Assembly: GCF_002310835.1 (NCBI RefSeq)
Contig: NZ_CP011041.1
Span: 1,050,001 to 1,082,000, forward strand
Reading direction: 5' to 3'
Length of the DNA stretch: 32,000 bases
Origin: Pseudoalteromonas tetraodonis
Lineage (GTDB): Bacteria > Pseudomonadota > Gammaproteobacteria > Enterobacterales > Alteromonadaceae
This document shows positions 17,386 through 26,565 of the stretch, piece after piece. The notes under the pieces were generated by a model that was not told where the DNA came from, ran no database searches, and worked only from the letters and a program-made list of their open reading frames with translations. The stretch's first letter is position 1. Every line of letters starts with the position of its first letter. A program made the translations under genes and the position numbers.

Positions 17386-17934
17386 ATGCTTTTTATCATC
17401 ACTTTTCTTCAATAAAACATACGTCGCACCACTTCCTCCATGCTGCCTAAGTGCAGTATGAAACGCTAAAACGCATGGAATTGTTTGTAACCACTGATTT
17501 ACGTAACTTTTTAATATCCCTGGCTTGGTTTTATTTTTAATACCTATGCCATGGCGAACGAGTACCATTCTTATATTTCGCTGATGGCAGTCTTGAACAA
17601 AGGCTAATAATGATGCGTGTGCATTTTTTAAAAGTTGCCCATGTAAATCAAGCGTCGCATCAAGCTGATATTTCGCTAATCTTACATTTTTAAAAACCGC
17701 GCTTTGTACGCCCTCTTTTTTAAAGCTTAATATGGCAAATGGATCGAGTAATTCAAGTGGTTCATCCAACGGATTGAACTGTTCAGAGACTAAATCTGAT
17801 TGTGCTGCTTTATTTTTTTCTTGCTGGGCGATGACCGCTTTATGGTTTTTAGGTGGTAAGGTCACAGTGTCATGCGTTATGGGGGTAACATCTTCCATAG
17901 AAGATAAGAATAAATCGAAATCTGACAATGGCAT
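17353..17934 (-). CDS. smrB: Smr-domain endonuclease (ribosome-collision rescue factor SmrB-like)
   Basis: 193 aa with a C-terminal Smr domain: LDLHGQLLKNAHASLLAFVQDCHQRNIRMVLVRHGIG...ALRQHGGSGATYVLLKK. Confidence 0.8.
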   Translation of the reverse strand: MPLSDFDLFLSSMEDVTPITHDTVTLPPKNHKAVIAQQEKNKAAQSDLVSEQFNPLDEPLELLDPFAILSFKKEGVQSAVFKNVRLAKYQLDATLDLHGQLLKNAHASLLAFVQDCHQRNIRMVLVRHGIGIKNKTKPGILKSYVNQWLQTIPCVLAFHTALRQHGGSGATYVLLKKSDDKKHQNREIHSKRS

Positions 17935-17955
17935 GGGCTTATCTCAAATTAGGCA

Positions 17956-18220
17956 AGGGTCTGTTGACCTTTGCGGATTAAAATTTGTTCAAAATAGAGG
18001 CGGTTTAATCGCGGCGCGAGGTTTGTAACCTAGTGGGCTAAGTAAAAACCGAGCAACAAAGAGTAAATCGCCCCTAGGTAGAACCCAAAGGGCAGCGCCT
18101 GTTTGGCATTGATGCTGCGTTATCACCTATCTATGGGGAATACCACACCACATAGGCTCTGCCTTGCCTAAATACCAAACAGACTGCTGCAAATTTAACC
18201 TTGAAAGGTCAACAGACCCT
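17956..18220. repeat. 265-bp self-complementary non-coding element with perfect 17-bp terminal inverted repeats (MITE-like repeat or structured RNA; unclassified)
   Basis: AGGGTCTGTTGACCTTT (17956-17972) is the exact reverse complement of 18204-18220. Pairing extends inward: GGATTAAAATTTG (17975-17987) with CAAATTTAACC (18190-18200). The interior is GC-richer than the flanks and has further complementary segments. There is no ORF of note. Confidence 0.65.
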
Positions 18221-18281
18221 GTTACGAGATAAATTTTAACTTAGTTCAAACCCAGACCCAAGATTTTTAACAGTGAGATAT

Positions 18282-18304
18282 AAAAATGCCCAGAAAAACT
18301 GGGC
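18282..18304 (-). terminator. Rho-independent terminator downstream of the 81-aa membrane protein gene
   Basis: Stem GCCCAG (18288-18293) / CTGGGC (18299-18304) with a 5-nt loop. AAAAA at 18282-18286 gives the U-tract on the minus strand. Confidence 0.7.
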
Positions 18305-18329
18305 TATAAAATATTCTAAGGGGAAGTAA

Positions 18330-18575
18330 TTAATGCTGAGATACGCTAAATTGCCCAAACGTATAAACTTTGAACAAGTAAAATGTGTTGATCAACACTA
18401 AACTCATATTTGAAATAATACTCGACGACATAAGATCTAAGCTAAATGATAGGAATAACAAACCACACGCACTAATCGCAGCAACGCGAAGCAGTGTCAG
18501 TTGGTTGATAAAGAATGCACCTAAACCTAGTGCAAGTAGTAATGTATTTAAAAGCCAATCTAGCTCGTTTAGCAT
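18330..18575 (-). CDS. Small inner-membrane protein, three predicted TM segments (function unknown)
   Basis: 81 aa and almost entirely hydrophobic: LLNTLLLALGLGAFFINQLTLL / VAAISACGLLFLSFSLDLM / ISNMSLVLINTFYLFKVY. A terminator follows. There is no strong SD. Confidence 0.55.
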   Translation of the reverse strand: MLNELDWLLNTLLLALGLGAFFINQLTLLRVAAISACGLLFLSFSLDLMSSSIISNMSLVLINTFYLFKVYTFGQFSVSQH

Positions 18576-18681
18576 GGTCGTTTCAATAGTTCAGTTGTTG
18601 AAAAAAGGAGCGCCATTATGTTGATCTTTTGCACAGCTTTCAACCAAGTAATTTTAAATTTTCAGATTAGTTTTTTTAATG

Positions 18682-19101
18682 CTAAAGGTAGGTCATTAAT
18701 ACCGAAAATAATCCCTCTTCAGCAATAACATGATATTTTTGGCAGCTTTGTGGTTGCTGAAGATCTACACAGAGGTATAGTGTTCTGCGATGCTTATCTA
18801 GTCTAGGGTGCAGCGTTGAATCCAGTAGCTTTGGTTTATTGGCAAATAGCCCTGGCCAATAAATACTTTTGCTAACCATGGCTGATTTTTTATAGGTGAG
18901 TAAACTAGGCTTTGGCGCTAAAACAAATATAAGTAATAATATCGTGAAAATAAAAAATGCGGTTAGTTTGGCGCCACGTTTTACACCTACTGCGCGCGGG
19001 TTTGATTGTGAGCCAAGGTTTGCAGGCTTGTTACTAAGTATTGGTTTAACATAGGCCGCTTTATTTTTTTTGCGACGACTCTTTTTTGTATTTTTCGACA
19101 T
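18682..19101 (-). CDS. Hypothetical bitopic membrane protein (basic N-tail, one TM, ~70-aa C-terminal domain)
   Basis: I prefer the internal ATG at 19101: MSKNTKKSRRKKNKAAYVKP...KLTAFFIFTILLLIFVLAP.... The 190-aa version (to 19254) would overlap the divergent CheY gene and its promoter. No family recognised. Confidence 0.5.
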   Translation of the reverse strand: MSKNTKKSRRKKNKAAYVKPILSNKPANLGSQSNPRAVGVKRGAKLTAFFIFTILLLIFVLAPKPSLLTYKKSAMVSKSIYWPGLFANKPKLLDSTLHPRLDKHRRTLYLCVDLQQPQSCQKYHVIAEEGLFSVLMTYL

Positions 19102-19210
19102 AAAGCAAATCTGGCCTTTTTGGCTTAGCTCTCTATAATAAAGTAAATATTTGTATTTTAAGCAAATCACCAATTTCGCAGACACGGCTTTTAGCCTATA
19201 AGGATTATAT

Positions 19211-19594
19211 ATGAATACGCAGCTATCTATTTTAATAGTTGATGATGTTAGCACGGTGCGTAGCTTTCTAAGTCAAACATTGATGCATTTAGGGATAGAG
19301 AATGTAAAAGAAGCGTCTACGGCCGCGCAGTGCATAAGTGAATGCCGTGCAGCAAACTTTAACATTATATTTTTAGATATAGAGCTACCTGACGGCGATG
19401 GTAAAGAGCTTATTGCGCAGATAAATGAGTTATCACCAGAGACAAACGTGGTGATGGTGTCGGCGCATTCAGGCGTTGAAAATGTGAAGGATGCAATAGA
19501 TAGAGGGGCAAAAGGATTTGTGGTTAAGCCTTTTTCTCCGAAGAAAATTGCGGCGATGCTGAAAAAGTTTTATCCAGAGCTCGATAACGTTTAA
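19211..19594 (+). CDS. Single-domain CheY-like response-regulator receiver
   Basis: 127 aa with all receiver landmarks: DD (IVDDVS), phospho-acceptor D (IFLDIELPDGDG), S/T (VMVSAH) and K (VVKPF). There is no output domain. AAGGA SD. Confidence 0.85.
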   Translation: MNTQLSILIVDDVSTVRSFLSQTLMHLGIENVKEASTAAQCISECRAANFNIIFLDIELPDGDGKELIAQINELSPETNVVMVSAHSGVENVKDAIDRGAKGFVVKPFSPKKIAAMLKKFYPELDNV

Positions 19595-19613
19595 AAAGCG
19601 TATTTATTTTGGG

Positions 19614-19646
19614 CAAAAAAAAACCGGCAAAAGCCGGTTTTTTTAA
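19614..19646. terminator. Bidirectional rho-independent terminator (CheY-like gene / rpsT)
   Basis: A-run, then AAACCGGC (19621-19628), AAAA, GCCGGTTT (19633-19640), then a T-run. Confidence 0.9.
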
Positions 19647-19661
19647 TCTTGCAAAAACAAA

Positions 19662-19922
19662 TTATAGCGCTTTAATTTTAGCAGCTAAACGGCTCTTATG
19701 ACGAGCAGCTTTGTTTTTGTGGATTAGACCCTTAGTTGCGTAACGGTCTAGGATAGGTGTAGCAACAGAAAAAGCTTGCTGTGCAGCTTCTTTATCGCCA
19801 GCTTCAATAGCTACGATTACTTTTTTGAAGTAAGTACGCATCATTGAACGACGGCTTGCGTTGTGCTGACGGTTTTTTTCGCTTGTGATAGCGCGTTTTT
19901 TTGCAGACTTGATGTTAGCCAA
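19662..19922 (-). CDS. rpsT: 30S ribosomal protein S20
   Basis: 86 aa, [30 protein letters not shown].... The start codon is TTG (complement of 19920-19922), preceded by AGGAG. A UUG start is also the known situation for E. coli rpsT. Confidence 0.95.
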   Translation of the reverse strand: MANIKSAKKRAITSEKNRQHNASRRSMMRTYFKKVIVAIEAGDKEAAQQAFSVATPILDRYATKGLIHKNKAARHKSRLAAKIKAL

Positions 19923-20175
19923 GGTTTGCTCCTAACAATCTTAAATAAAGCTTAAATTAAAGGCCGTGGAATATGCCTGTTTTTATCATGAATGTCAATT
20001 TAATTTTAACAATCCAAGAAAAACTGCTCCTTATAACGAACATCAATTTGCCGCTTTAGCAGTTAATGCCGCTATTGTAACAAAGCAAGGGGTTCGAGCC
20101 TAGTGCTTTAAAGCGATTTATAAAAAAGACTATGGCATAATTAACTTAATTGCTGATTTTTAATATGGATTTATA

Positions 20176-21756
20176 GTGTCAAAAGGTTTGTTTCGTTCCG
20201 GGATGATTGTAAGTGCAATGACAATGATCTCGCGTATTTTAGGGCTAGTACGAGATGCCGTCGTAGCTAACTTGTTGGGGGCAGGGGCTGCTGCCGATGT
20301 GTTTTTATTTGCAAACCGTATTCCTAATTTTTTACGCCGTTTATTTGCTGAAGGGGCTTTTGCACAGGCGTTTGTACCGGTATTAAGTGAAATTAAACAG
20401 CAGCAAGGCGATGAGAAGGTCAGAATATTTGTTGCCCAAGCCGCCGGCACGTTAGGCACTATTTTACTGATAGTGACGCTCTTTGGTGTGATAGCGTCAC
20501 CTGTTATTGCTGCTTTATTCGGCACTGGTTGGTTTATTGATTGGTGGCAAGGTGGCCCTGACGCAGAAAAGTTTGAGCTTGCCAGTTCACTATTAAAGCT
20601 GACCTTTCCTTATTTATTTTTTGTAAGCTTAGTGGCGCTTAGTGGCGCAGTAATGAATGTGTACAACCGTTTTGCAGTTGCCGCATTTACTCCTGTATTA
20701 CTTAATGTTTCTATTATTGGTTGTGCCATTTTATTGCATGACCAATTTTCTGTTGGTGCATATGCATTAGCAATAGGCGTATTTTTAGGGGGCGTGGTAC
20801 AGCTATTATTTCAACTGCCGTTTTTATATAAAGCAAAAATGTTGGCCCGCCCGCGATGGGGTTGGCAAGACGAAAATGTTAAAAAAGTACGTAAATTAAT
20901 GCTCCCAGCGTTATTTGGTGTATCAATTAGTCAAATTAACTTATTACTCGATACGGTAATAGCTTCATTATTGATGACAGGCTCTATCGCTTGGCTGTAT
21001 TACTCAGATAGACTGATTGAATTCCCACTTGGTTTATTTGGTATTGGTATTGCGACGGTTATTTTACCTGCGCTATCAAAATTACACAGCAGTAAAAAAA
21101 GTAGCGACTTTCAACATACCCTAGATTGGGGAGTGCGATTTGTTATTTTTTTAGGGCTCCCGGCCATGATAGGGTTGATGATTATTAGCCCGTTGATTAT
21201 TACCGTGCTGTTTGATCACGGTGCGTTTAAAGAGGCTGGCATTGATCACGTTAAGGCAGTGAGCTTAGGGGTGGTTGCCTACTCGGTGGGATTAGTCAGT
21301 TTTATGTTAATTAAAGTGTTGGCGCCTGGGTTTTATTCTCGCCAAGATACGAAAACACCGGTGCGCATTGGTATTGTCACTTTGGTGCTTAACATGGTGT
21401 TTAATATTATGCTGGCGCCCTTTATTGGCTATTTAGGCTTAGCCCTGGCAACCTCTATGTCGGCTAGTTGTAATGCCTACTTACTGTACCGACAGCTTAA
21501 AAAAGAGAATGTTTATCAGTTTTCCAGCATGAGTGGCTACTTCACTTTGAAGTGTTTGTTGGCAAGTATAACAATGGGCGCATTGGTTTGGTTTACTAGT
21601 AGGCAATATGACTGGGTTAGTTGGCACTTTAGCGAACAAGTTATGTTATTGGTTGTGTTATTAATTATTGCGATTGTTAGTTACTTTTTTATGTTGTTTT
21701 TGATGGGTGTTAGACTAAATACGATAAAAAGTGTAGCAATTACTGAATCAAATTAA
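20176..21756 (+). CDS. murJ: Lipid II flippase MurJ (MviN)
   Basis: 526 aa with a GTG start and 14-TM MOP-superfamily architecture. The N-terminus is conserved: SGMIVSAMTMISRILGLVRDAVVANLLGAGAAADVFLFANRIPNFLRRLFAEGAF. Confidence 0.95.
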   Translation: MSKGLFRSGMIVSAMTMISRILGLVRDAVVANLLGAGAAADVFLFANRIPNFLRRLFAEGAFAQAFVPVLSEIKQQQGDEKVRIFVAQAAGTLGTILLIVTLFGVIASPVIAALFGTGWFIDWWQGGPDAEKFELASSLLKLTFPYLFFVSLVALSGAVMNVYNRFAVAAFTPVLLNVSIIGCAILLHDQFSVGAYALAIGVFLGGVVQLLFQLPFLYKAKMLARPRWGWQDENVKKVRKLMLPALFGVSISQINLLLDTVIASLLMTGSIAWLYYSDRLIEFPLGLFGIGIATVILPALSKLHSSKKSSDFQHTLDWGVRFVIFLGLPAMIGLMIISPLIITVLFDHGAFKEAGIDHVKAVSLGVVAYSVGLVSFMLIKVLAPGFYSRQDTKTPVRIGIVTLVLNMVFNIMLAPFIGYLGLALATSMSASCNAYLLYRQLKKENVYQFSSMSGYFTLKCLLASITMGALVWFTSRQYDWVSWHFSEQVMLLVVLLIIAIVSYFFMLFLMGVRLNTIKSVAITESN

Positions 21757-21830
21757 AAAAAAGATTATAATCGGACACTCTGCGGCCCGAGGTCGCATTT
21801 TATCGCTCGCTGAAAAAGGCATTAGGTGGC

Positions 21831-22757
21831 ATGGAGTTAATTAGAGGTATACACAATATACGCCCACAACACTTTGGTTGTGTGCTGACCATTGGTAATT
21901 TTGATGGTGTTCATTTGGGTCATGCTGCCGTATTAAAAGGGCTTTTAGCTGATGCAAAAGAAAATAATTTACCCAGCACCGTAATGTTATTTGAGCCTCA
22001 GCCACAAGAGTTTTTTGCAAAAAATAACGCTCCGGCTAGGCTGACTCGACTGCGTGATAAACTACGCCTATTGAGTAACTTAGGAATTGAACGCGTTATT
22101 TGTATTAGCTTTAATCAGGCTTTTGCAAACATGCATGCTGAGCAGTTTGTTAGCGATATTTTAATTAAAAAGCTGGGCGTTAAAGCATTAACGGTTGGTG
22201 ATGATTTTAGGTTTGGTAAACAGCGCCAAGGTAACTTTAGTCTATTGGCAACTATGGGCACCCAAGCGGGAATGAGTGTTAAAAGCACTGCCAGCTTTAG
22301 GCAATTAAATGCTAGAGTAAGCAGCACCTTGATACGAGAGGCGCTTGCAGAAGGTGACCTAGTTAGTGCAAAAGTTATGCTTGGGCATAATTATGCAATA
22401 TCTGGACGTGTTATTCATGGCTGGAAAAAAGGCCGCGAACTGGGTTTTAGAACGGCAAATATTGCGCTAAAACGTCAAGTTTGTCCGGTCAATGGTGTAT
22501 TTGCGGTTCAAGTGATGATCGCAGGAAAGCAAGTTTTTGGGGTGGCTAACATTGGAAACAAACCCACGTTTAATGGAACTCGTGCCTTATTAGAAGTTCA
22601 TCTTTTTGATTTTGCACAAGATATTTATGGACAATTTATGCATGTGGAGTTGATTGAAAAACTCCGCAACGAGAAAAAATTCGAGACATTAACACAACTG
22701 ACGGCACAAATAGCAACCGATGTTGCCGCCGCTAAGCAGTGTTTTGGTTTAAATTAG
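21831..22757 (+). CDS. ribF: Bifunctional riboflavin kinase / FMN adenylyltransferase
   Basis: 308 aa with the GNFDGVHLGH nucleotidyltransferase motif and a C-terminal riboflavin kinase domain (GRELGFRTANI...LEVHLFDF). AGGTGG SD. Confidence 0.95.
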   Translation: MELIRGIHNIRPQHFGCVLTIGNFDGVHLGHAAVLKGLLADAKENNLPSTVMLFEPQPQEFFAKNNAPARLTRLRDKLRLLSNLGIERVICISFNQAFANMHAEQFVSDILIKKLGVKALTVGDDFRFGKQRQGNFSLLATMGTQAGMSVKSTASFRQLNARVSSTLIREALAEGDLVSAKVMLGHNYAISGRVIHGWKKGRELGFRTANIALKRQVCPVNGVFAVQVMIAGKQVFGVANIGNKPTFNGTRALLEVHLFDFAQDIYGQFMHVELIEKLRNEKKFETLTQLTAQIATDVAAAKQCFGLN

Positions 22758-22786
22758 GTAGCCGATAGAGACGGAAAGTAGGATTA

Positions 22787-25615
22787 ATGAGCGACTACAA
22801 ACATACTTTGAATTTACCGGAAACAATGTTTCCAATGCGTGGCAATTTGGCACAACGTGAACCAAAAATGCTTAAAGCATGGTATGAAGACGACCTGTAT
22901 GGTCAAATTCGCAGCGCAAAGAAAGGTAAAAAAACTTTCATTTTGCATGACGGCCCTCCGTATGCAAACGGCGATATCCATTTAGGCCATTCAGTAAATA
23001 AAATATTAAAAGATATTATTGTTAAGTCTAAAACCTTATCAGACTTCGATGCGCCATACGTACCGGGTTGGGACTGTCATGGTTTACCAATCGAGTTAAT
23101 GGTTGAGAAAAAAGTCGGTAAACCCGGTGTTAAGGTAACTGCTGCAGAATTTCGCGAAAAATGTCGTGCCTATGCTAAAAAGCAAGTGGAAGGTCAAAAA
23201 GTAGACTTTAAACGTTTAGGCGTTTTTGGTGATTGGGATAAGCCTTACCTAACCATGAACTTTGACTTTGAAGCCAATGCAATTCGTGTACTAGGTCGCA
23301 TTATAAAAAATGGCCATCTACATAAAGGCGCAAAACCTGTGCATTGGTGTACAGATTGTGGCTCTGCATTAGCAGAAGCAGAAGTTGAATACCAAGATAA
23401 ACAATCGCCAGCTATCGATGTACGTTTTACTTTTGCTGATCAAGACGCAGTAGTAAATGCGTTTAACTTAGCTGATGGTCATCAAGGCACTGGCAGTGTA
23501 GGGACTGTTATTTGGACTACGACACCGTGGACTTTGCCAGCTAACCGTGCGGTTGCTGTGCATGCTGATTTAGAATACGCGCTAGTACAAGTAGACGATG
23601 AAGGTGCTCAGCAGCGTCTGATTTTAGGTTCTGAGCTTGTTAAAGATGCGATGGATCGTTTTGGCTTTAACCACTTCCATATCCTTGGCTATGTTAAAGG
23701 TGCAGCACTTGAAAACTTAAACGTTGCACACCCATTTTATGACTTTAACGTACCGGTTATTGTAGCTGAACACGTAACCACAGATTCTGGTACGGGTGTT
23801 GTACATACTGCACCTGGTCATGGTCAAGAAGATTTCGTGGCAGGCCTTGAGTATAATCTTGAAGTAGCTAACCCAGTTGGCGCAAACGGAGTGTACTTAC
23901 CTGACACTGAATTATTTGCCGGTCAACATGTGTTTAAAGCCAATGCGAGTGTAATTGAGGTATTAAAAGAAAATAATGCCTTAATGCATCATCATGCATT
24001 AACTCATAGCTACCCACATTGTTGGCGCCATAAAACGCCTATTATCTTCCGTGCCACACCACAATGGTTTGTTAGCATGGATCAGGCTAACTTACGCAAA
24101 GATTCACTGGCTGAAATTAAAAATACTCAATGGTTACCTGAATGGGGCGAAAGCCGTATTGCCAACATGGTTGAAGGCCGCCCTGATTGGTGTATTTCGC
24201 GTCAACGTACGTGGGGTGTACCTATTGCATTGTTTGTTGATAAAGACACGGGTGCATTACACCCAAATACTCAAGAGCTGATTGAACAAGCTGCAGTACT
24301 TGTCGAAAAATCAGGTATTCAAGCATGGTATGACCTAGAGCCTGCTACTTTGCTAGGTGAAGAAGACGCTAAACAGTACATGAAAGTACAAGACACGCTA
24401 GATGTGTGGTTTGACTCAGGTGTGACTCATGCCTGTGTTGTTGATGCGCGTGAAGATTTAGTTGGTCCTGCAGATTTATACCTTGAAGGTTCTGATCAAC
24501 ACCGTGGTTGGTTTATGTCATCAATGATGACTTCAGTGGCAATTAATGGTCATGCACCATACAAGCAAGTGCTTACGCATGGCTTTACGGTTGATGAAAA
24601 CGGCCGCAAAATGTCTAAGTCATTAGGCAATGTTATTTCGCCACAAAATGTGATGAATAAACTGGGCGCTGATATTTTACGTTTATGGGTAGCATCAACT
24701 GATTACACAGCAGAAATGACCGTATCCGATGAAATATTCAAACGTTCGGCAGATCGTTACCGTCGTATTCGTAACACCAGCCGTTACTTACTTGCTAACC
24801 TAAGTGGTTTTGATCCAAAAACGGATCAAGTTGCTGTTGATGATATGGTTGAGCTTGATAAGTGGATTGTAGGGCGCGCAGCACAGTTACAAGATGATAT
24901 TTTAGCGGCTTACGATAGCTACCAAATGCTATTAGTAACGCAAAAGCTAATGAACTTCTGTACCGGTGAGCTTGGTTCGTTCTACTTAGACGTTATAAAA
25001 GACCGTCAGTACACGGCAAAAAGCGACAGCCATGCACGTCGTTCTTGTCAAACAGCGCTTTATCATATTGCTGAAGCTATGACTCGCTGGATGGCGCCAA
25101 TCATGAGCTTTACAGCGCAAGAAATTTGGGAAGCACTTCCAGGTGAGCGCAGTGACTATGTATTTACTTCAACATGGTATGAGGGATTACAAGCACCAAC
25201 AACGACCAAGTTTAGTAATGAAGACTGGCAAGCTATTTTAAATGTGCGTGACGAAGTGAACCGTCTGTTAGAAGCTGCACGTAAAGAAGATGTGATTGGC
25301 GCAACATTACAAGCAACCGTAAACCTGTTTGCCAGCAAAGAGCTTGCAGCAAAACTTGCGGCGTTAGGCGATGAGCTACGTTTTGTGTTGTTAACCTCTG
25401 CGGTTAACGTTACCGAGGTAGACAGTCAACCTGCAGATTCACAAACTACTGAAATTGATGGCTTATACATTAGCGTATCAGCAACAGATGCTAAAAAGTG
25501 TGAACGTTGTTGGCATTACAGTGAAGATGTAGGTGTTGAGCCTGCTCATCCCGAAATTTGTGGTCGTTGTGTAAGTAACGTTGACGGTGAAGGTGAAAAG
25601 CGTCAATTCGCTTAG
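22787..25615 (+). CDS. ileS: Isoleucine--tRNA ligase
   Basis: 942 aa with class I HIGH (ANGDIHLGH) and KMSKS motifs. The C-terminal zinc-finger Cys pairs are CERCWHY...CGRC. Confidence 0.98.
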   Translation: MSDYKHTLNLPETMFPMRGNLAQREPKMLKAWYEDDLYGQIRSAKKGKKTFILHDGPPYANGDIHLGHSVNKILKDIIVKSKTLSDFDAPYVPGWDCHGLPIELMVEKKVGKPGVKVTAAEFREKCRAYAKKQVEGQKVDFKRLGVFGDWDKPYLTMNFDFEANAIRVLGRIIKNGHLHKGAKPVHWCTDCGSALAEAEVEYQDKQSPAIDVRFTFADQDAVVNAFNLADGHQGTGSVGTVIWTTTPWTLPANRAVAVHADLEYALVQVDDEGAQQRLILGSELVKDAMDRFGFNHFHILGYVKGAALENLNVAHPFYDFNVPVIVAEHVTTDSGTGVVHTAPGHGQEDFVAGLEYNLEVANPVGANGVYLPDTELFAGQHVFKANASVIEVLKENNALMHHHALTHSYPHCWRHKTPIIFRATPQWFVSMDQANLRKDSLAEIKNTQWLPEWGESRIANMVEGRPDWCISRQRTWGVPIALFVDKDTGALHPNTQELIEQAAVLVEKSGIQAWYDLEPATLLGEEDAKQYMKVQDTLDVWFDSGVTHACVVDAREDLVGPADLYLEGSDQHRGWFMSSMMTSVAINGHAPYKQVLTHGFTVDENGRKMSKSLGNVISPQNVMNKLGADILRLWVASTDYTAEMTVSDEIFKRSADRYRRIRNTSRYLLANLSGFDPKTDQVAVDDMVELDKWIVGRAAQLQDDILAAYDSYQMLLVTQKLMNFCTGELGSFYLDVIKDRQYTAKSDSHARRSCQTALYHIAEAMTRWMAPIMSFTAQEIWEALPGERSDYVFTSTWYEGLQAPTTTKFSNEDWQAILNVRDEVNRLLEAARKEDVIGATLQATVNLFASKELAAKLAALGDELRFVLLTSAVNVTEVDSQPADSQTTEIDGLYISVSATDAKKCERCWHYSEDVGVEPAHPEICGRCVSNVDGEGEKRQFA

Positions 25616-25627
25616 GAGTTGTTTTTA

Positions 25628-26128
25628 GTGAGCAAACTAACCCAAAAAAGTGGTTTAGTGTGGCTTTGGTTGAGTCTATTACTGCTTGTAATAGACTTTG
25701 CCAGTAAAACACTGGTTGTAAACACCATGGCTTATGGTGAGTCAATTAATTTACTGCCTGTTTTTAGCATCACTTATGTACATAACTACGGTGCAGCCTA
25801 TAGCTTTTTAAGCGAAGCGGGTGGCTGGCAGCGTTGGTTTTTAAGTGCAATAGCAATCGCGATTAGTTGTTTGTTGGTGTGGTGGTTAAAACGTCTTCCA
25901 GCGTCTAATAAAGTATTATGTGGTGCTTACTCGTTAGTTTTAGCCGGTGCTATTGGTAACTTGTACGACCGCATTGCTTATGGTTACGTTATTGATTTTT
26001 TACATGTGTTTTACGAAGACTCACATTTTCCCGTATTTAATATTGCAGACTGCGCTATTTGTATTGGTGCTGCATTATTACTATTTGACGCCTTTACCGG
26101 CGAAAATCCAAAGGAGCATAAAGCATGA
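25628..26128 (+). CDS. lspA: Lipoprotein signal peptidase (signal peptidase II)
   Basis: The ORF track starts at TTG 25619; I prefer GTG 25628, about 10 nt after AGGAG. It has four TM segments and the conserved NYGAAYSF and FNIADCAI (catalytic Asp) regions. Confidence 0.93.
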   Translation: MSKLTQKSGLVWLWLSLLLLVIDFASKTLVVNTMAYGESINLLPVFSITYVHNYGAAYSFLSEAGGWQRWFLSAIAIAISCLLVWWLKRLPASNKVLCGAYSLVLAGAIGNLYDRIAYGYVIDFLHVFYEDSHFPVFNIADCAICIGAALLLFDAFTGENPKEHKA

Positions 26129-26565
26129 GCCAAGCTGTAATTGGTGAAAACTCAGACGTTATTTTTCATTTTTCTATTAAACTAGAAGATGGCTCTGCCG
26201 CTGACTCAACGAAAGTGCATAACAAGCCGGCTAAGCTCACTATGGGTGATGGCAGCTTAACCGCTAATTTTGAAAAATGTTTACTTGGCCTAACGGCCGG
26301 TGAGAGCAAAACATTTGAGCTTGAGCCGGAAGATGCCTTTGGTCAACCAAACCCAGATAATATTTATTATGTAGATCGTAGTAAGTTTGGTGTAGAAACG
26401 CCGGCTAAAGTAGGTGCTATTATTGCGTTTACTCAACCTGATGGCACCGAGCTTCCGGGTTTGGTGCGTGAAGTGCAAGGCGAGTCAGTTACTATCGATT
26501 TTAATCACCCATTAGCGGGCCAGCGCTTAACGTTTGAAGTTGATATTATTGAGGTGCAAGGTTAA
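26125..26565 (+). CDS. fkpB: FKBP-type peptidyl-prolyl cis-trans isomerase (FkpB/SlpA-like)
   Basis: 146 aa with an ATGA overlap with lspA. It has the FKBP core with an insert-in-flap pattern ([10 protein letters not shown]...[20 protein letters not shown]). The synteny lspA-fkpB-ispH matches E. coli. Confidence 0.85.
   Translation: MSQAVIGENSDVIFHFSIKLEDGSAADSTKVHNKPAKLTMGDGSLTANFEKCLLGLTAGESKTFELEPEDAFGQPNPDNIYYVDRSKFGVETPAKVGAIIAFTQPDGTELPGLVREVQGESVTIDFNHPLAGQRLTFEVDIIEVQG

Noticed and set aside
17732-18028. 98-aa plus-strand ORF spanning the smrB 5' end and the left part of the 265-bp element.
   Set aside because: It is antisense to the smrB coding sequence for most of its length, has a Ser/Gly-rich low-complexity start and has no SD. 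It does not explain the inverted-repeat structure.
18618-18728. 36-aa plus-strand ORF with a near-perfect SD (AAGGAG, 7-nt spacing) between the two small membrane-protein genes.
   Set aside because: It is antisense to the 3' end of the 139-aa gene and the peptide (MLIFCTAFNQVILNFQISFFNAKGRSLIPKIIPLQQ) has no recognisable features. A single SD-like hexamer can occur by chance. It would be worth a look only if ribosome profiling shows occupancy.
19102-19254. 51-codon N-terminal extension of the 18682 ORF (the 190-aa version).
   Set aside because: It would overlap the divergent CheY-like gene start (19211) and its promoter and RBS. The extension (MLTSSTIKIDSCVFIYNPYRLK...) is not protein-like. 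The internal ATG at 19101 gives a sensible basic-tail/TM topology.
20091-20100. GGTTCGAGCC, which resembles a tRNA T-loop, in the rpsT/murJ intergenic region.
   Set aside because: The flanking bases cannot form a T-stem (AGGGG versus CTAGT). No acceptor, D or anticodon arms can be drawn. It is not a tRNA or a tRNA fragment.
20160-20525. 121-aa ORF on the minus strand. Similar antisense ORFs occur at 1930-2271, 8474-8764, 15437-15757, 16162-16452, 27173-27463 and 28863-29165.
   Set aside because: Each lies entirely antisense within a well-supported conserved gene (murJ, M23 peptidase, tyrR, the acyltransferase, the dehydrogenase, ispH, algR). They have low-complexity or odd composition and no SD. 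They are typical shadow ORFs.
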